A stretch of 64,000 nucleotides of DNA from an uncultured Spirochaetota bacterium (GTDB taxonomy: Bacteria > Spirochaetota > UBA4802 > UBA5550), in assembly GCA_963827275.1 (NCBI GenBank), contig CAWHAA010000007.1:1-64000 (forward strand), read 5' to 3'. The position numbers and the translations under genes are program-made. The stretch's first letter is position 1. Every line of letters starts with the position of its first letter. Of this stretch, positions 61,993 to 64,000 are shown one piece after another. A model generated the notes under the pieces. It ran no database searches. It was not told the origin of the DNA and was given only the letters and a program-made list of their open reading frames with translations.

Positions 61993-62175
61993 CCCGCCCA
62001 CGGTCCTTTCCCCTAAATCTGACACACTGTGCAAAATAACAGATTTCAGCTATGAAATTTGCGCCAATATTATTTGACAAAAAACCGGGCGCTACTATTG
62101 TTGGAAAAACATGTGATTCTTTGCAGTACCACATATCCAATTGTTATCATATAAAACTTTTCAGGAGGAATATCC

Positions 62176-64000
62176 ATGGCTGCAAATCCCATAATTGACT
62201 CACGAGACACAAAATTCATTTTATTTGAGCTGTTTGAGGTTGATAAGCTGACGCAATATGAAAAATTCAAGGATTTCGACAAGGATACCATGGATGAAGT
62301 GGTAAATCTTGCCGAAAAAATCGCGGTGGAACAGGTGTATCCGATCAACGCGGTCGCCGATAAAAACGGGGCGAAATACGATCCCGCGAAAAAACAGGTC
62401 ACCATACCCCAGGAATATTTTCCCGGTCTGAAAGCCTACTTTGAGGCCGGTTTCATCGGGGTCGCCACCGACCCGAAATGGGGCGGCATGGGGATGCCCG
62501 AATCGATCTACTACACGGCGACCGACTATTTCACCGCCGCCAGCTGCGCCTTCACCATGTTCCCGATGCTTTCAATAGGCGCCTGCAACATGTACATGAA
62601 GTTCCTGCCGGACTATCCCTGGAAGCAGATAACGATTGAAAAGATCCTCAGCGGCGAATGGGGCGGCACCATGTGCCTCACCGAGCCCGATGCCGGTTCC
62701 GACGTCGGCGCCCTCAAGACCAAGGCCACGAAGAACGCGGACGGCACCTATTCGATAAAAGGCCAGAAGATATTCATCTCTTCCGGCGACAACAACTATT
62801 CAAAGAACATCATACACCCGGTGCTGGCGCGGATCGAGGGAGATCCCGAGGGCACGAAGGGCATATCGATTTTCCTGGTCCCGAAATACCGGATCAAGGA
62901 TGACGGTTCCATGGGCGAGCTTAATGACGTCGTGTGCGCCGGCATCGAGCACAAGATGGGGATCCACGGGAACCCCACCTGCACCATGGTCTTCGGCGAC
63001 GAAGGCAAGTGCCAGGGCTTCCTGATGGGCGAGGCCCGTCAGGGGATGAAGATCATGTTCCAGATGATGAACGAAGCCCGTCTCTACGTCGGCGGACAGG
63101 GCGCCTCGGTCTCGAGCGCCGCGTACATGCACGCCGTCACCTACGCCCGCAACCGGGTGCAGGGCAAGAGGGTCGAGGAGATGATGAAACCCGATGCGAA
63201 GAGCACCACCATCATGAGCCACCCGGACGTGAAGCGGATGCTCCTCTCCATGAAGGCCAGGGTCGAGGCCATGCGGACGCTGACCCTCTACTGCAGCTAC
63301 CTGACCGACCTGACGCATGTTCTGAAGGACGATGGGAAGAAAGAAGCGCAGGGGATCCTCGAGTTCCTGATCCCCATCAACAAGGCGGGCAACACCGACT
63401 CGGCGTGGGAAGTGACCGCCGACGCGATCCAGTGCTACGGCGGGTACGGATTCTGCTCCGACTACCCCGTGGAACAGTACGCCCGCGACGCGAAGATCCT
63501 TACCCTGTACGAGGGGACCAACGGCATCCAGTCGATGGACCTGGCGATGCGCAAGCTCCTCATGGACAAGGACTTCTACAACTACAAGGCGTACAAGAAA
63601 AAGATAGAAGATACTATCAAGAAGGCCAAGGGCATCGTTGACGATAAATACGTGGCGCTGATGGAGAAGGGCGTCGCCAAGATCGACGAGGTCGTGGCCT
63701 ACATGAAAAAGCTCATGGAAGGCGGCAAGTATCTCCAGATATTCGCCAATGCCACGCCGATGCAGCAGTGCTTCGCGATGCTTTCTTACGCGTTCATCCA
63801 CCTCTGGGCGCTGACTCTGGTCACCCCGAAGGCGAAAGAGCTCGCGGGCGACAAGAAAGGGGCGGACCTCGAAAAACTGCTCGCGGACAATTCGGAGGCG
63901 GCGTATTACATGGGACGGATGCTTTCGGCGCAGTTCTACATCGGCGCCGAGTTCCAGAAGTTTTTCGGCAAGTGCGAGTATGTCCTTGCGGGAGAGGGGG
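62176..64000 (+). CDS. Acyl-CoA dehydrogenase, running off the window end
   Basis: AGGAGG RBS then ATG62176 MAANPIIDSRD; motifs GTMCLTEPDAGSD, GQKIFIS, IEHKMGIHG, AIQCYGGYG and LYEGTNGIQ. Missing from the ORF track because there is no stop in the window. Confidence 0.95.
   Translation, partial: MAANPIIDSRDTKFILFELFEVDKLTQYEKFKDFDKDTMDEVVNLAEKIAVEQVYPINAVADKNGAKYDPAKKQVTIPQEYFPGLKAYFEAGFIGVATDPKWGGMGMPESIYYTATDYFTAASCAFTMFPMLSIGACNMYMKFLPDYPWKQITIEKILSGEWGGTMCLTEPDAGSDVGALKTKATKNADGTYSIKGQKIFISSGDNNYSKNIIHPVLARIEGDPEGTKGISIFLVPKYRIKDDGSMGELNDVVCAGIEHKMGIHGNPTCTMVFGDEGKCQGFLMGEARQGMKIMFQMMNEARLYVGGQGASVSSAAYMHAVTYARNRVQGKRVEEMMKPDAKSTTIMSHPDVKRMLLSMKARVEAMRTLTLYCSYLTDLTHVLKDDGKKEAQGILEFLIPINKAGNTDSAWEVTADAIQCYGGYGFCSDYPVEQYARDAKILTLYEGTNGIQSMDLAMRKLLMDKDFYNYKAYKKKIEDTIKKAKGIVDDKYVALMEKGVAKIDEVVAYMKKLMEGGKYLQIFANATPMQQCFAMLSYAFIHLWALTLVTPKAKELAGDKKGADLEKLLADNSEAAYYMGRMLSAQFYIGAEFQKFFGKCEYVLAGEG

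Overview
A 64 kb stretch of bacterial chromosome from an anaerobe. The many lipobox signal peptides, a DUF1564-like gene and a Leptospira-type cNMP phosphodiesterase suggest Spirochaetota, but this is inference. No rRNA, tRNA, CRISPR array, integrase or transposase was recognised. In order, the window holds: a LarA-like 3' end; a hemerythrin gene with two in-frame TAG codons; an AT-rich 4.4 kb island (lipoprotein, S8 protease, probable beta-barrel) between 37-bp direct repeats; gamma-CA and glycoside-hydrolase-like genes; mlaEFD; GT2; and a 2-hydroxyacyl-CoA dehydratase-like gene. The last 66 nt of that gene recur, diverged, 7.4 kb downstream. They bracket a block encoding an atypical chemoreceptor and a TetR / glycyl radical enzyme (GRE) / activase operon whose GRE has an N-terminal SCP2-like extension. 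This GRE block is the best candidate for an undescribed system. Further along are a C-terminal protease, polysaccharide genes with two MBOAT O-acylation pairs, moaA, and an MBL-2xcNMP phosphodiesterase. These are followed by a [NiFe] hydrogenase module with two lipoprotein c3-type cytochromes, a TetR-linked QueG-like protein lacking QueG motifs, gltS, a CoA-transferase-GNAT fusion, a VOR-type oxidoreductase operon, metY-cysK-rrf2, an mnmA remnant, a Cus-type efflux cluster, and an acyl-CoA dehydrogenase running off the edge. About seven single-base frameshifts in otherwise intact genes most likely reflect long-read indel errors. All calls come from reading motifs by eye; no searches were run.
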